This document shows positions 1-10,570 of a DNA stretch of 64,000 bases, in pieces; position 1 is the first letter of the stretch; every line of letters starts with the position of its first letter. Origin of the DNA: Dehalococcoidia bacterium (lineage in GTDB: Bacteria; Chloroflexota; Dehalococcoidia; Lucifugimonadales; Australimonadaceae); contig OZ244813.1 of NCBI GenBank assembly GCA_965220225.1, positions 1,276,594 to 1,340,593 on the forward strand, written 5' to 3'. A model generated the notes under the pieces. It saw nothing but the letters and a program-made list of their open reading frames with translations, was not told the DNA's origin and did not search any database. The position numbers and the translations under genes were made by a program.

Positions 1-612
1 TTCTTCGCCTCTGGCATCGCGGAATTGCTGCCGGAGGCTTCGCTCCGGGACGTATTCACTCCGATGACGTTCGCACTCATCCTCTGGGCCCCCATCGTGA
101 GCATGCGCCTGCTTGCGGAGGAACAGAAACTCGGCACACTTGAGTTGCTCCTCACTGCTCCGCTGCGCGACTGGGAGATAGTGTTCGGGAAGTTCTGCGC
201 ACTCGTGGCGATGCTTATGGGCATCATCGCTCCGACACTCGTCTACGTGGTGCTGCTCTACGGGTACGCCTCTCCGGACGGGGGGCCGATGCTAACCGGC
301 TACCTTGGCCTGTTCCTGTACGGCTCGGCCGCAGCTGCACTGGGGCTGTTTACGTCTTCGCTCACAGGGAACCAGATCGTCGCTGGCGTAACGGCAGCCG
401 TGGCGTTGCTCTTCCTTACGCTGGCGAGCGAGGCCTCGGACCTCGTTTCCGGCTTGCCATCCACTCTGCTCGCCGGCGTGTCGCTTCCTGCCCACTACAC
501 GGCATTCGTTGCGGGCGTTATCGAGCTGCGGAACGTGGTCTACTTCGTCTCCTTCATCGCGCTCTTCCTTTTCCTGACCACGCTCAGCTTGGAGTCCCGG
601 CGATGGCGATGA
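1..612 (+). CDS. ABC-2 type transporter permease (GldF-like), 5'-truncated by window edge
   Basis: Multi-TM protein with 'MRLLAEEQKLGTLELLLTAPLR..EIVFGKF' motif typical of GldF/ABC-2 permeases; frame open from base 1. Confidence 0.85.
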   Translation, partial: FFASGIAELLPEASLRDVFTPMTFALILWAPIVSMRLLAEEQKLGTLELLLTAPLRDWEIVFGKFCALVAMLMGIIAPTLVYVVLLYGYASPDGGPMLTGYLGLFLYGSAAAALGLFTSSLTGNQIVAGVTAAVALLFLTLASEASDLVSGLPSTLLAGVSLPAHYTAFVAGVIELRNVVYFVSFIALFLFLTTLSLESRRWR

Positions 613-2267
613 ACGGGCGGCCAACGTCCGGGGGCGGAATCATGGAGCGGTTACACGGTTGGAGCCTGCTGCTCGCGGCGCTTGGAGGCATCGGAGCGCT
701 TGGGGGGGTGCTCCTCGTCGTATGGGCTCCCGATCTGCGTCCATTCGCTGTGCCAACGCTTATCGCGGCGGGCGTGCTGCTGGCGTTCGCTGCAGTCGGC
801 TCTATGGGGTATCTCGTCGGTGCGGTGAGCGGCCGTCGAGGACGGCTCTCCTGGGTGACCCTCGGGAGCGCCTCGGCCGCGCTTGCCATCGTCCTGGCGT
901 TGAACGTCATCGCCTCGGCCACCGATGCGTCCTGGGATTTCACAGCAACGCGGCAGTTCGAGATATCTCCACAGGCCGCACAGGCACTCGCCGCGCTCCC
1001 CGTGGATGTGGACGTCACCGGGTTCGTCGTACCTACGACCGAAGACGGCGTTCGCTACCAGGGCACGGCGGAAGGCTACCTGCGGCAGTTCGCCAGGCAC
1101 GCCGGAGAGCGTCTCTCCTACCGGTTCGTCGATCCAGAATTCGAGCCAGCAACAGCCCGCGAGTTCGGAGTGGTGAGCGCCCCGGCGCTTCTCTTTACGT
1201 CGCCGGCGACGGGTCTCCGGGCTTCCGTCGGAGCCGGCGCTCTCTCGGAGCAGCAGTTGTTGACTGCTGTCCTTACCGTGACGGGGACTCAGCGACACGC
1301 CGTCTATTTCCTTACGGACCACGGCGAGCGCAGCATCGACGACCTTCGCTCCGGCGGTTCGGGATTGGGATTTGCCGCAGCCGGACTCCGCGCGGATGGA
1401 TACCGTGTCGAATCGCTGTCGCTGGCGGACACCGGGGGGATTCCGGACGACGCCACAGCGCTTGTGATTGCCGCCCCCACCCAATCGATCCCTGCTGCCG
1501 AAGAGCAAGCGATCATCCGGTGGCTGGATGGTGGAGGGCGAGCGCTCCTCATGTTCGATACTTCCCCCGAAACATGGCACGCGTTGGGCGGCCTGCTTGC
1601 GGCGTGGGGGTTGGAGACGATACCAGGTACCATCGTCGACCTCGAGCGCTCCGGTGCCGGAGACGTTCGGACGCTCGTGGTACAGCGTGACCAGTACCTG
1701 GGGCAGACCTCCGTCACCGAGGGCGGCGCCATCGTCGAACCGCTCGGCACGACGCTGTTCCCCGGGGCAGTCGCGTTCCGCCCGGCGGATGCTGTCGGAG
1801 CGCGTATCGAGCGTGGAGACCCTGTTCCTGTGCGGTTCGAGCCGCTCGTGACTACGTCCCGTGCCTCTTGGGTGGTCGAGGGGATGGAAGAGGACCCGCT
1901 GGAAGGGAGGGATGCGCCTGGGCCCCATACTCCTCATCTAATCGTGCAGGCTTCTGCCCAGGTTGCAGGCGCTTCCTCGGAGACATTCGATGCTGCATCC
2001 GTCAGCACGACGCTCGCCGTGCTCGGAGACGTCGATTTCGCCAGCAATCGGCACTTCAACAGCGTCAGCAACGCAGACTTCCTGCTGAATACAGTCAACT
2101 GGCTGCTGGAGGATGAGCCGCTCATTTCGGTGCGTGCCAGGCAGGAAGTCTTTCGCCCGCTCGTGCTTACCGTGCCTGAATACAACTTTGTCCGTTACGT
2201 CAGTTGGTTCCTGCTCCCTGCACTGATCGCCGCTGTGGGCGTCGTTGTGTGGTGGCGGCGGCGATAG
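603..2267 (+). CDS. GldG-like ABC transporter auxiliary component
   Basis: N-terminal TMs, 'DFTATRQFEIS', 'VYFLTDHGE', 'GDVDFASN..N.DFLLNTVNWL', C-terminal TM ending WWRRR; follows GldF-like permease. Confidence 0.85.
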   Translation: MAMNGRPTSGGGIMERLHGWSLLLAALGGIGALGGVLLVVWAPDLRPFAVPTLIAAGVLLAFAAVGSMGYLVGAVSGRRGRLSWVTLGSASAALAIVLALNVIASATDASWDFTATRQFEISPQAAQALAALPVDVDVTGFVVPTTEDGVRYQGTAEGYLRQFARHAGERLSYRFVDPEFEPATAREFGVVSAPALLFTSPATGLRASVGAGALSEQQLLTAVLTVTGTQRHAVYFLTDHGERSIDDLRSGGSGLGFAAAGLRADGYRVESLSLADTGGIPDDATALVIAAPTQSIPAAEEQAIIRWLDGGGRALLMFDTSPETWHALGGLLAAWGLETIPGTIVDLERSGAGDVRTLVVQRDQYLGQTSVTEGGAIVEPLGTTLFPGAVAFRPADAVGARIERGDPVPVRFEPLVTTSRASWVVEGMEEDPLEGRDAPGPHTPHLIVQASAQVAGASSETFDAASVSTTLAVLGDVDFASNRHFNSVSNADFLLNTVNWLLEDEPLISVRARQEVFRPLVLTVPEYNFVRYVSWFLLPALIAAVGVVVWWRRR

Positions 2268-2285
2268 AGAGAAGGCCCACCCGGT

Positions 2286-3272
2286 ATGAGAAGCGCTGTC
2301 GTCAGGTTTGCACTGCTGCTCGCCGTCGCCGTGGCCGTCGTTGCCGTGTGGATGCTCGTCTTGGATGGGGATGAGGAACAGGAGGACGTCTCCGCGCCGA
2401 CCCATCTCTACACGGTTCCTCAGGACGAGATCATAAGTGTGACCGTACGGACGGAAACCGCCACTGTTGCTTTCGAGCGAGGCAACGAAGGCTGGCGCTT
2501 CGCGGACGCCCCCCTCGTTCCGGTGAACCTGGACCGCTGGGGCGGCATCGTGTTGCTGCTCTCCGGACCCGAGGTGGAGCGCCTGCTCGCTCCGCCGAGC
2601 AATCTGGACCAGTTTGGACTGGACTCTCCGAGTGCTATCAGCATCGGGTTGATCGATGGAAGGCAGGTGGAAGTGCGGCTCGGTGCCGAGACGCCGGACG
2701 GTCGCAACGTTTATGTGCAACTGGAGGGCGAATCAGGAGTGGCGCTGGTCAACGAGCCATGGGTGCGCGTGCTGTTGCGCCTCGCTGCCGACCCGCCGCT
2801 GCCGTACTGGTACTACCGTGTAGACCCGGCGCTCGTTCGCATCTTTGAAGTCGAGAGTCCGGATGGCATTGCGACGTTCCTCCTCGGCTTGCTACGGACT
2901 GACGGAGGGCTGTCTGCACGCGTGGTGCAGGGAGAGGTCGCTTCAGGCCTGACTGACGCTGAGCACACCGCTGTGTTGAACGTGACAGGTGGCCCTTCGA
3001 GCTTCGGAATCGCTACTTGGCCGGAAGGGTTCTCTCCCACGAGTGTCAGCTTGGACGTGCCACGTGCCATCGTTCGGGTCACGTACGAGTTGGCGGTCCC
3101 GTTGGAAGACAAGAGCGCTGTGAGCGCGGCGTATGCGGTTGGAGCACAGACGGCGGACGGCAAGGCTTACTATGCGGTTACGCCTGATTCGCCGCTGCTG
3201 CTCACTGTCGATGCGGTCTGGGTGGACGAAGTGCTGTCGCTGGTGGGGCGGAAGTTCGAAGGATCGGAATGA
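2286..3272 (+). CDS. DUF4340-like membrane-anchored protein
   Basis: N-terminal TM, 'LDQFGLDSP..I.I', 'LGAETPDG..VY'; usual third gene of GldF/GldG-like operons. Confidence 0.65.
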   Translation: MRSAVVRFALLLAVAVAVVAVWMLVLDGDEEQEDVSAPTHLYTVPQDEIISVTVRTETATVAFERGNEGWRFADAPLVPVNLDRWGGIVLLLSGPEVERLLAPPSNLDQFGLDSPSAISIGLIDGRQVEVRLGAETPDGRNVYVQLEGESGVALVNEPWVRVLLRLAADPPLPYWYYRVDPALVRIFEVESPDGIATFLLGLLRTDGGLSARVVQGEVASGLTDAEHTAVLNVTGGPSSFGIATWPEGFSPTSVSLDVPRAIVRVTYELAVPLEDKSAVSAAYAVGAQTADGKAYYAVTPDSPLLLTVDAVWVDEVLSLVGRKFEGSE

Positions 3273-3297
3273 CGGGCATCCCATTGAGAAGACAATG

Positions 3298-3325
3298 ATA
3301 GGCGGGTCATAACTGACCCGCCTAT
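3298..3325. terminator. Hairpin between convergent genes
   Basis: Perfect 12-bp stem ATAGGCGGGTCA-taac-TGACCCGCCTAT; no long U-tract. Confidence 0.6.
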
Positions 3326-3351
3326 GTCGGAGTTCTCATTGCAGCCCGGGG

Positions 3352-3588
3352 TTAAGGTTCGCTGCGGTCCTTGTTGATCTCGATGAAGCGGGTCTGGTCG
3401 GCAGGAAGCGCGTCTTCGGCGAAGATCGCGGCGACGGGACAGACCGGCTCGCACGCGGCGCAGTCGATGCACTCGTCGGGCTCGATGTAGAACATGCGGT
3501 CGCCCTCGTAGATACAGTCCACGGGGCAGACGTCAACGCACGAGGCATCCTTCACGTCAACGCAGGGTTCGGTGATTATGTAGGCCAT
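3352..3588 (-). CDS. Ferredoxin (7Fe/dicluster type)
   Basis: '[19 protein letters not shown]' and '[12 protein letters not shown]' motifs. Confidence 0.95.
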   Translation of the reverse strand: MAYIITEPCVDVKDASCVDVCPVDCIYEGDRMFYIEPDECIDCAACEPVCPVAAIFAEDALPADQTRFIEINKDRSEP

Positions 3589-3691
3589 CTTGGAAGTGCC
3601 CCTCCCTTTGTGCTATGCCCATTCGGGCTTCCTCCCTCCCAGGAAGGTGAGTGCATTCTAGCAGACGTATTCAGGGGGTGTGAACACGTTA

Positions 3692-4153
3692 TCAACCCTC
3701 GTCCTGGGGGATGAAGTCTCCTACGTTCTTCTTGATCGAGAGGTTGATGAACGTCTCCGTCTGCCGCACCCCCTGGATGTCACCGACCCGATTCCTCAGG
3801 AAGTCTGAGAGTTCTAGCGGAGAGCCGAGGCTTACGCGGCAGAAGACGTCGAAGGCTCCGGTGGTCACTGCCGCGTAGTGCACTTCCTCCATCTTCGCCA
3901 GCTCTTCCGCCGCCGACTGAACGTGTGCTGGGTCTACCTTCAGCCCAACGAGTGCGGACATGCGCCTACCGAGTTTGGAAGTGTCCGGTATGGCGACCAC
4001 ACGGATCACTTCCTCTTGAACGAGGTTACGGAAACGCCGCCGGATCGTCCCCTCGCTCACACCGGTCTTGCGTGCCAGTTCGATGTTGGAGGCGCGTCCG
4101 TCACGTTGCAGCAGCTCTATCAACTTCGTGTCGAGCTCGTCCAGGGGCGCCAT
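3692..4153 (-). CDS. Lrp/AsnC family transcriptional regulator
   Basis: 'LDELDTKLIELLQRDGRASNIELA..GVSEGTIRRR' HTH plus RAM domain. Confidence 0.93.
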   Translation of the reverse strand: MAPLDELDTKLIELLQRDGRASNIELARKTGVSEGTIRRRFRNLVQEEVIRVVAIPDTSKLGRRMSALVGLKVDPAHVQSAAEELAKMEEVHYAAVTTGAFDVFCRVSLGSPLELSDFLRNRVGDIQGVRQTETFINLSIKKNVGDFIPQDEG

Positions 4154-4260
4154 GCCGACCTCCTCGTGAAAAATCGCACAATATGGATATGGTACGCCTT
4201 GGAGACTGGCCCTGACAAGGGATGGCAGGCGTCCAGAGCGGGCCCGCAGGCGTGCCTCGT

Positions 4261-4443
4261 CTACAGGAACTGGGCCGGATTATCCGCGAATGCAGCGCAG
4301 CAGCCGGGGGCGCAGAAGTAGTAGGTCTCCCCCTCGTGCTCGGCGGTCCCTCCGGGAGGGTCCGCCTTCGGTACCACCATCTTGCAGACGGGATCGATGG
4401 CAATATCACCCGGTTTCCCGAAGATAACGTCCAACCGGTTCAT
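4261..4443 (-). CDS. YHS/TRASH domain metal-binding protein
   Basis: 'DPVCKM...HEGETYYFCAPGC' motif; directly downstream of copA. Confidence 0.9.
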   Translation of the reverse strand: MNRLDVIFGKPGDIAIDPVCKMVVPKADPPGGTAEHEGETYYFCAPGCCAAFADNPAQFL

Positions 4444-4493
4444 GGTTCTCCTACCCTACTGTACGCGCCTGCGCGCGACGCCGTTCCCTTATT

Positions 4494-6995
4494 CTATGGC
4501 ATCCATCTCTTCAGTCGCAGGCTGTTACTCACGACGGACACTGAGCTGAATGCCATAGCGAAAGCGGCAAGCATCGGGTTGAGGAACCCGTGTTCGCCCA
4601 GCGCCCATCGCCATGCTTCCGGCACCCCGTTGTCCCCGAACAGGATGTTGAGAACCCCTGCCGCAACGGGAATGAGCACGAGGTTGTAGCCGAACGCCCA
4701 TGCGAGGTTCTGCCGGATGGTGCGCATCGTGGAACGGGAGAGACGTATGGCTGCGGCCGCGAGCCGCACGTCCGTTGTCATGAGCGCCACGTCCGCCGCC
4801 TCGAGCGCCGCGTCCGTGCCGGATCCAACAGCGATCCCCACGTCGGCTTGGGTCAAGGCCGGAGCGTCGTTAACGCCGTCTCCCACCATGGCGACGCGTC
4901 TGTGCTCACCTTGCAGGCGTTCGATCTCAGCAGCCTTTGCTCCAGGGAGCACTTCCGCCAGGACGTGTTCGATATGAAGCTCCCTGGCGATCCCCACCGC
5001 TACCGGCCGCACGTCCCCGGAGAGTATCGCCACATCCAATCCCATCGTCTTGAGTGTCCTGACAGCCTCCTGTGATTCGTTGCGCAGGGCATCTGCGATG
5101 CCCAGGATGCCAATGACGGTATCGTTTCGCAGCACGACGAGAGGAGTCCTTCCGCGCTCGGCCAGCACGCGCGCGGCGGATTCTGCAGTGCCCCCGAGTG
5201 TGATACCGGCCTCTCGTACGAGCGCGAGACCGCCGACAGTGATCGAGTCCACGTCCACGGTCGCGCGTACGCCGAGTCCCGGCGCGGCTTGGAAGTTCGT
5301 GGCGCGCTGGAAAGTGATGTCCCGGTCGCGCGCAGCTTGTACCACCGCTGCGGCAAGCGGGTGCTCGCTGTAGAACTCGACGGCTGCTGCCAGTGCGAGC
5401 AACTCATGCTCGGAGACTTCTCGTGCGAGAACGTCGGTCACCTGCGGCTTGCCCTCCGTAAGCGTGCCGGTCTTGTCGAAAACGACCACGTCCAGCCGGT
5501 GAGCGAGTTCGAGCGCCTCTGCCCCGCGCACGAGTATGCCGTACCGTGCCCCCACCCCGGCGCCGACCATGACGGCCGTGGGGGTGGCGAGTCCGAGAGC
5601 GCAGGGACAGGCGATGATGAGGACGGCGATGGCGTTCAGCATCGCCGTGTCGAACCCGGGCTGCGGACCGAACTGCCACCAGGCCAGGAACGTGATCAGT
5701 GCGATGGCGAGCACCCCTGGAACGAAGTAAGCGGCCACGGTGTCGGCGAGCCGCTGCACAGGCGCGCGTGAGCCTTGTGCTTGCTGCACCATGCGGATGA
5801 TCTGCGCGATGGCGGTCGCGCTTCCCACCTTGGTCGCTTCGATGGAGATGCTCCCGGACGTGTTCACCGACCCGCCGAACACTATGTCGCCCACACGCTT
5901 CTCTGCGGGAACGCTCTCGCCGGTGAGCATCGACTCGTCGACGGCGGTCGTCCCCTCAGTTACGACGCCGTCGACGGCGATGCGCTCGCCGGGGCGGATA
6001 GTGACCGTGTCACCGGGGACGACGTCGCTTGCGGGTATGTCCTGCTCTTCACTGTTCCGTGTGACGCGGGCGGTCTGGGGCTGCATGGCGATCAGCGACC
6101 TGATGGCATCCGACGCGCTGCCCTTGGCCCTCGCTTCCAGGAACCTGCCGAACAGTACGAGGGCGATGATGGCGGTCGAAGTGTCGAAGTATGTCTCGCC
6201 GCCCCCGATGGCGCCGCCGGAGAGGGTTACCGCAGTGCTGTAGAAGAAGGCCGCTGAGGAGCCCAGAGCGATGAGCGTGTTCATGTTGGAAGTGCGGTGC
6301 CTCAGTGCGCTCCATGCGCTCACGTAGATCTGCCGCGCCGCCCAGAACTGCACCGGCATCGCCAGCACGAGCGCGACAGCGTTTAGCCATGGCATGCCCA
6401 AGGTCCGTTCGACGGCAGGAACGAGCATGAGCAGCATGATTGCCGCGGCGCTTGCGAGGCTGAACGCGGCGCGGTTGCGGAACCCACGGATCTCCACGCG
6501 GCGCGACAACCGCTCCAGTTCCGCATTCATGGCATCCGCGCCGGTCACGTATGCGCCGCCGAAACCTGCCGCAGTGGCTGCGTCGCGTAGCGTACCCGGA
6601 GCAACTGTCCCTGGAATGATGTCGAGCGTTATCTGCTCGGTTGCAGGGCTGGAAGAGGTACGAAGCACCCCGTCCACGCCTGCCAGCCGTGCTTCCAGGA
6701 CCTTGGCCGATTCTGCGTCAGCAAGACCTGGAACGGTAAGGACGGCACTCTCTTCCGCCAGCCCATAGCCGACCGACCGCACGGCGTCCCGCATCGCCGC
6801 GATGCGCCGTTCAGCCGGCGCGAACGTCACTGCGGCTGTCTCCGAGGCCAGGTTAACAACGACACCCGATACGCCGTCGACGCCTGCGATGGCGTTCGTC
6901 ACCGTGCTTACGCACGCAGCGCACGTCATACCCTCGATGGGCAGCACGACACGCCGTTCGTCGTGTTGTTCGTACTGTCCGGTTGCGGTGGACAT
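4494..6995 (-). CDS. copA: Cu(+)-translocating P1B-type ATPase
   Basis: GMTCAAC HMA domain, [35 protein letters not shown] and MAFSS motifs. Confidence 0.95.
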   Translation of the reverse strand: MSTATGQYEQHDERRVVLPIEGMTCAACVSTVTNAIAGVDGVSGVVVNLASETAAVTFAPAERRIAAMRDAVRSVGYGLAEESAVLTVPGLADAESAKVLEARLAGVDGVLRTSSSPATEQITLDIIPGTVAPGTLRDAATAAGFGGAYVTGADAMNAELERLSRRVEIRGFRNRAAFSLASAAAIMLLMLVPAVERTLGMPWLNAVALVLAMPVQFWAARQIYVSAWSALRHRTSNMNTLIALGSSAAFFYSTAVTLSGGAIGGGETYFDTSTAIIALVLFGRFLEARAKGSASDAIRSLIAMQPQTARVTRNSEEQDIPASDVVPGDTVTIRPGERIAVDGVVTEGTTAVDESMLTGESVPAEKRVGDIVFGGSVNTSGSISIEATKVGSATAIAQIIRMVQQAQGSRAPVQRLADTVAAYFVPGVLAIALITFLAWWQFGPQPGFDTAMLNAIAVLIIACPCALGLATPTAVMVGAGVGARYGILVRGAEALELAHRLDVVVFDKTGTLTEGKPQVTDVLAREVSEHELLALAAAVEFYSEHPLAAAVVQAARDRDITFQRATNFQAAPGLGVRATVDVDSITVGGLALVREAGITLGGTAESAARVLAERGRTPLVVLRNDTVIGILGIADALRNESQEAVRTLKTMGLDVAILSGDVRPVAVGIARELHIEHVLAEVLPGAKAAEIERLQGEHRRVAMVGDGVNDAPALTQADVGIAVGSGTDAALEAADVALMTTDVRLAAAAIRLSRSTMRTIRQNLAWAFGYNLVLIPVAAGVLNILFGDNGVPEAWRWALGEHGFLNPMLAAFAMAFSSVSVVSNSLRLKRWMP

Positions 6996-7073
6996 TGCGG
7001 CGTGCTTGTTAGCGGACGGTTAAGCCGGATACAGCGATAGTATCACTGTCACGCCAGCCCTATACTTGCACGG

Positions 7074-7277
7074 ATGAACGGCATGATGGCGACAGGGATC
7101 ATTCTCATCATTGGGCTGGGTGTGCTGGCGGCGCTGGTGGTGCTTCTGGCGATACTCACGCCCTTGCCGTGGTGGGGAGCGCTGGTCCTGCTGCCGGTGC
7201 TGGACGCGGCGCTGATCCTCTGGGCGCGGCGCAGGCTGAAGCGCGGCGCGCCCACACCCGGCAACGCGAGCGGTTAG
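7074..7277 (+). CDS. Small 2-TM hypothetical membrane protein
   Basis: Two hydrophobic segments; TATACT (7061-7066) 7 nt before ATG. Confidence 0.55.
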   Translation: MNGMMATGIILIIGLGVLAALVVLLAILTPLPWWGALVLLPVLDAALILWARRRLKRGAPTPGNASG

Positions 7278-7840
7278 AAGGGCAGCCCCCAGATGGGATA
7301 CCACTCCTTGATGGCGCGTGAGGTGGGGATGTCCTTCCGCGATGCCTGCTCCATCCGCAGTTCCAGGGGATGGTCACGGGTCTCGGGCTCACCGCCCTGT
7401 GCGGGGGCGAATGGTGTGAACGCCCTGATACGCGGCTGGTAGATCCAGTAGATGTCCTGCTCCTTCCACCTGAACGGATAGACCGCCGCGAGCACGCGAG
7501 GACCGATGCCCATCGCCACCAGAGTTTCCCCGATGATGCGCGTCGAGTTTGCCAGTGAGGACAGCCCTGAGTCGCGCACGATGATCCAGGGATGAGGGTG
7601 CTCGGAATCGTCCACGACGATGTCCCACCGGGCCTCGGAGGAGCTCAGGTGCGCCAGTGCGCGCTCGAGTTCGGCCTTTGCCTGGACCGCATCCTGGTCC
7701 TCGGAAGGCCGGACGAGCACGCCGGCCTTGCCAGTCGTGAACGTGTCGAGGACCTCCTCGAACACCTGCGAAGCAGTGGACATCGCTTCTTGCGCTTCGC
7801 TCCATCCGGCGCTGCGCGGTCGAGAGAGGAACCGGCACAT
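7274..7840 (-). CDS. PspAB-like protein (htpX-associated)
   Basis: C-terminal 'YWIY...FTPFAP...RDHPLELR...WYPIWGLPF' resembles PspAB family; directly downstream of htpX. Confidence 0.6.
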   Translation of the reverse strand: MCRFLSRPRSAGWSEAQEAMSTASQVFEEVLDTFTTGKAGVLVRPSEDQDAVQAKAELERALAHLSSSEARWDIVVDDSEHPHPWIIVRDSGLSSLANSTRIIGETLVAMGIGPRVLAAVYPFRWKEQDIYWIYQPRIRAFTPFAPAQGGEPETRDHPLELRMEQASRKDIPTSRAIKEWYPIWGLPF

Positions 7841-7844
7841 CGTC

Positions 7845-8759
7845 CTACCCCGTCAGCATCGACGTCCGCTCCAGTTCGAGCAAGCGCTCGATGCGGCGGG
7901 CCATGGGAGGATGCGTCGAAAACAGGCTGGCGAAGCCGTCGCCGATGGCGGGCATGATGAAGAAGGCGTTGAGCGTCTCGGCGCGGCGGAGGTCGTTCTG
8001 AGGCAGGCCGGTTATGGAGCCGCCGATCCGCTGGAGCGCATTGGCGAGGTCGCGAGGGCGGTTGGTGAGGGACGCGGCGCCGCGGTCTGCCGCGTACTCG
8101 CGGTAACGGGAGAGCGCGGCAATGAGCACCTGGCTGATGACCCAGACGAGGATGGTGACGAGGTACGCGATCATGATGTAGCTGCCCGCGCCGCCGCTCC
8201 TGCTGCGTCCGAAGCCCCCGCCGAAGAGAGCCGACCAGAAGAAGAGCGACATGAGGGTCGAAGCGACGACTGAGAGGAAGCTCGCGTAGGTCATCACCTG
8301 CACGTCACGCGAGGCTATGTGGCTTATCTCGTGGGCAAGCACGCCTTCGAGTTCCCGCTCGTTCAAGATATGCATGAGCCCGGTGGTGACTGCGACAGCC
8401 GCGTGCTTCTGGCTGCGCCCCGTGGCGAACGCGTTCGGCACGCTCATGTCCGCGATGGCGACCTTCGGCTTGGGGATGCCTGCCGTCATGGCGAGCCGGT
8501 CGATCATCGCGTGCAGTTCCGGCGCTTCCTCCGGCGTCACGACCTTCGCACGCATCGAGGTGAGCACGAGCTTGTCGGAGAGGAAGAACTGCACGAGCAC
8601 GAGTACGACGGCAAACCCGAGCATCACGGTCGCACCGGCGACGGATACGAGGAACCAGAGGAAGAGGCCGTAAACGAGGCCGAGCAGCAGCATCGTGAAG
8701 AGCATGCGCGCCCGGAGCTGGTTGTCCCGGCCTATGCGGCGCGGTTGGAACATCGTCAT
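7845..8759 (-). CDS. htpX: Zinc metalloprotease HtpX (M48)
   Basis: PNAFATG, HEISH (HExxH), SRYREYAAD, FSTHP; start uncertain (8759 or 8798). Confidence 0.93.
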   Translation of the reverse strand: MTMFQPRRIGRDNQLRARMLFTMLLLGLVYGLFLWFLVSVAGATVMLGFAVVLVLVQFFLSDKLVLTSMRAKVVTPEEAPELHAMIDRLAMTAGIPKPKVAIADMSVPNAFATGRSQKHAAVAVTTGLMHILNERELEGVLAHEISHIASRDVQVMTYASFLSVVASTLMSLFFWSALFGGGFGRSRSGGAGSYIMIAYLVTILVWVISQVLIAALSRYREYAADRGAASLTNRPRDLANALQRIGGSITGLPQNDLRRAETLNAFFIMPAIGDGFASLFSTHPPMARRIERLLELERTSMLTG

Positions 8760-8828
8760 CCTTCCATCCCCCTCTTCATCCAGGGACGTCGATCCCATGA
8801 TAGCGCGTCCGTCTGCGCGTTGCCTCTC

Positions 8829-10037
8829 TCAGGTGGCAGTCTCGCTATCCCTACCCAGCTTGTTGATGGCCGCGCGGAAGCCGGGCGCTGCGCCCTCCAG
8901 CGCGGACTGGTGGACGCAGTAGGAGATGCGGAAGTAGCCCGGCATCCCGAACCCGCGGCCTGGAACGACGAGGACCCCCTCCTCCTGCAGGGCGTCGATG
9001 AGCAGCATCTCGTCCTCCACCGGCGACTGCGGAAACAGGTAGAACGCACCCTCAGGCTTGCGGACGTTGTAGCCCGCCGACCTGAGCATGTCGCAGAGGT
9101 AGTCACGCTTCGCCTGGTAGTCGCCGACGTCCACGGTGACGTGCTGAAGGTCACGCACGAGGTGCTGCATGATGGCCGGCGCATTCACGAACCCGAGCAC
9201 GCGGTTGCAGAAGACGAACGCGTCCATCAGCTCGCCCGCCTCGTCGCAGGCGGGATGCACTGCCAGGTAACCGATGCGGTCACCGGGGAGAGCGAGGTCC
9301 TTGGCGTGGGAAGTCGCGGTGATGGTGCGCTCGTACTCGTGCTGAGGGAACGGGTAGGTGAGGCCGTCGTAGATGATGCGGCGATACGGCTCGTCGCTCA
9401 CGAGGTAGATGGCCGTGTTGAATTCCTCGCTCCTGCGCCGCAGCAGCGTGGCGAGGTCTGCGATGAACGACTGCGGGTAGATGACGCCTGAGGGATTGTT
9501 CGGCGAGTTGAGGATGACGACCTTCGAGCGCGGGGTGAGCTTGCGGTCCAGTTCGTCGAGGTCGGGCGTGAAGTCCTCGCCACAGGCCACGACGACGGGC
9601 GTCGCGCCATGGTTGTACGCGTAGAAGAGATACTCGGCGAAGTACGGAGCCAGGATGACTACCTCGTCGCCGGGGTCGCAGACGGCGCGGATGGCGATGT
9701 TGAGTGCCGCCGCCGCACCGGACGCCATCATCACGTGCTGCGCCCCGTATGGAACGCCCGTCTCTCCGGCGAGCGCCTCCGCGACGGCTTGCCGCGTCTC
9801 TGGATAGCCCGCGTTGGGCATGTACCGGTGCGCGCCGGGTGTTGGAGTGTCCGCCAGGTTGCGCAGGGCATCGAAGAACTCGGACGGCGGCTCGACGACG
9901 GGGTTGCCGAGTGAGAGGTCGAACACGTTCTCCTCGCCACGCTCGCGCTTCAGGGCGATGCCCAACTCGAACATGCGCCGTATCCACGAGCTGTTCTCCA
10001 TGTGCTGCCTGACGTTCGACGCGATGGCCACGCTCAC
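8829..10037 (-). CDS. Class I/II PLP-dependent aminotransferase (aspartate aminotransferase-like)
   Basis: LSLGNP, NSPNNPSG, SDEPY, SHAKDLALPGDRIG, GYFRIS. Confidence 0.92.
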   Translation of the reverse strand: MSVAIASNVRQHMENSSWIRRMFELGIALKRERGEENVFDLSLGNPVVEPPSEFFDALRNLADTPTPGAHRYMPNAGYPETRQAVAEALAGETGVPYGAQHVMMASGAAAALNIAIRAVCDPGDEVVILAPYFAEYLFYAYNHGATPVVVACGEDFTPDLDELDRKLTPRSKVVILNSPNNPSGVIYPQSFIADLATLLRRRSEEFNTAIYLVSDEPYRRIIYDGLTYPFPQHEYERTITATSHAKDLALPGDRIGYLAVHPACDEAGELMDAFVFCNRVLGFVNAPAIMQHLVRDLQHVTVDVGDYQAKRDYLCDMLRSAGYNVRKPEGAFYLFPQSPVEDEMLLIDALQEEGVLVVPGRGFGMPGYFRISYCVHQSALEGAAPGFRAAINKLGRDSETAT

Positions 10038-10132
10038 CTCCGGCCGTTCGTGGCAGAGCGGCGCCGGGTGCGGTGCGCCGGTCCGCCTCTGCTAACATTG
10101 CTTCAGTTAACCCTACGATACCGGAGGGATGG

Positions 10133-10384
10133 ATGGCTGCGGAGACCGGCAAGCGTCTGGAGTGCGCCGACCAGGGCGCGCAGTACATGATTACGAAGGG
10201 CGGAGACGGGGAACTGTCCTGCGCGCCCGCAGCCGACGGCGAGGCCGACCAGTTGGGGAAGCGCTACCAGGACGAGGCGACGGGCATCATGGTGCTGTGC
10301 ACGAAGGCGGGCTCGTCCCGCATCTACTGCGACGGACGCCCGATGGCGATGCTGGAGGCGCGCAAGCTGCCGTCGTCCGACTAG
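10133..10384 (+). CDS. Small protein with two desulforedoxin/zinc-ribbon-like repeats
   Basis: GGAGG RBS; internal duplication GKR...TKGGDG..SC / GKR...LCTKAGS...C; ends LPSSD. Confidence 0.65.
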   Translation: MAAETGKRLECADQGAQYMITKGGDGELSCAPAADGEADQLGKRYQDEATGIMVLCTKAGSSRIYCDGRPMAMLEARKLPSSD

Positions 10385-10450
10385 GCACCCTTCCGCGTCG
10401 GTCACGCTTGGCGGTCGCGATCCTTCCCTCCCACCCGCCCGGTATGTTGT

Positions 10451-10566
10451 GGGGGACACCCCCCACGCCCCCGGCAGAGGGGTATCCCCTCTGCACTCCC
10501 ATGGGGCACCCAGCCTCACCGTTCACCCTCACCCCCTTTCCCTTCGATGGAGAGGGAACTTGAGGG
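10451..10566. repeat. REP-like palindromic intergenic repeats
   Basis: GGGGGACACCCCC..GCAGAGGGG-tat-CCCCTCTGC hairpins and CCCTCA..TTCCCT..AGGGAA..TGAGGG; the latter resembles 61664-61700. Confidence 0.55.
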
Positions 10567-10570
10567 TAGC

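Noticed and set aside
7028..7044. GATAC-N7-GTATC upstream of copA as a CsoR/CopY operator
   Set aside because: Only a 5-bp arm, lacks the C/G tracts of CsoR operators, and no copper regulator is in the window
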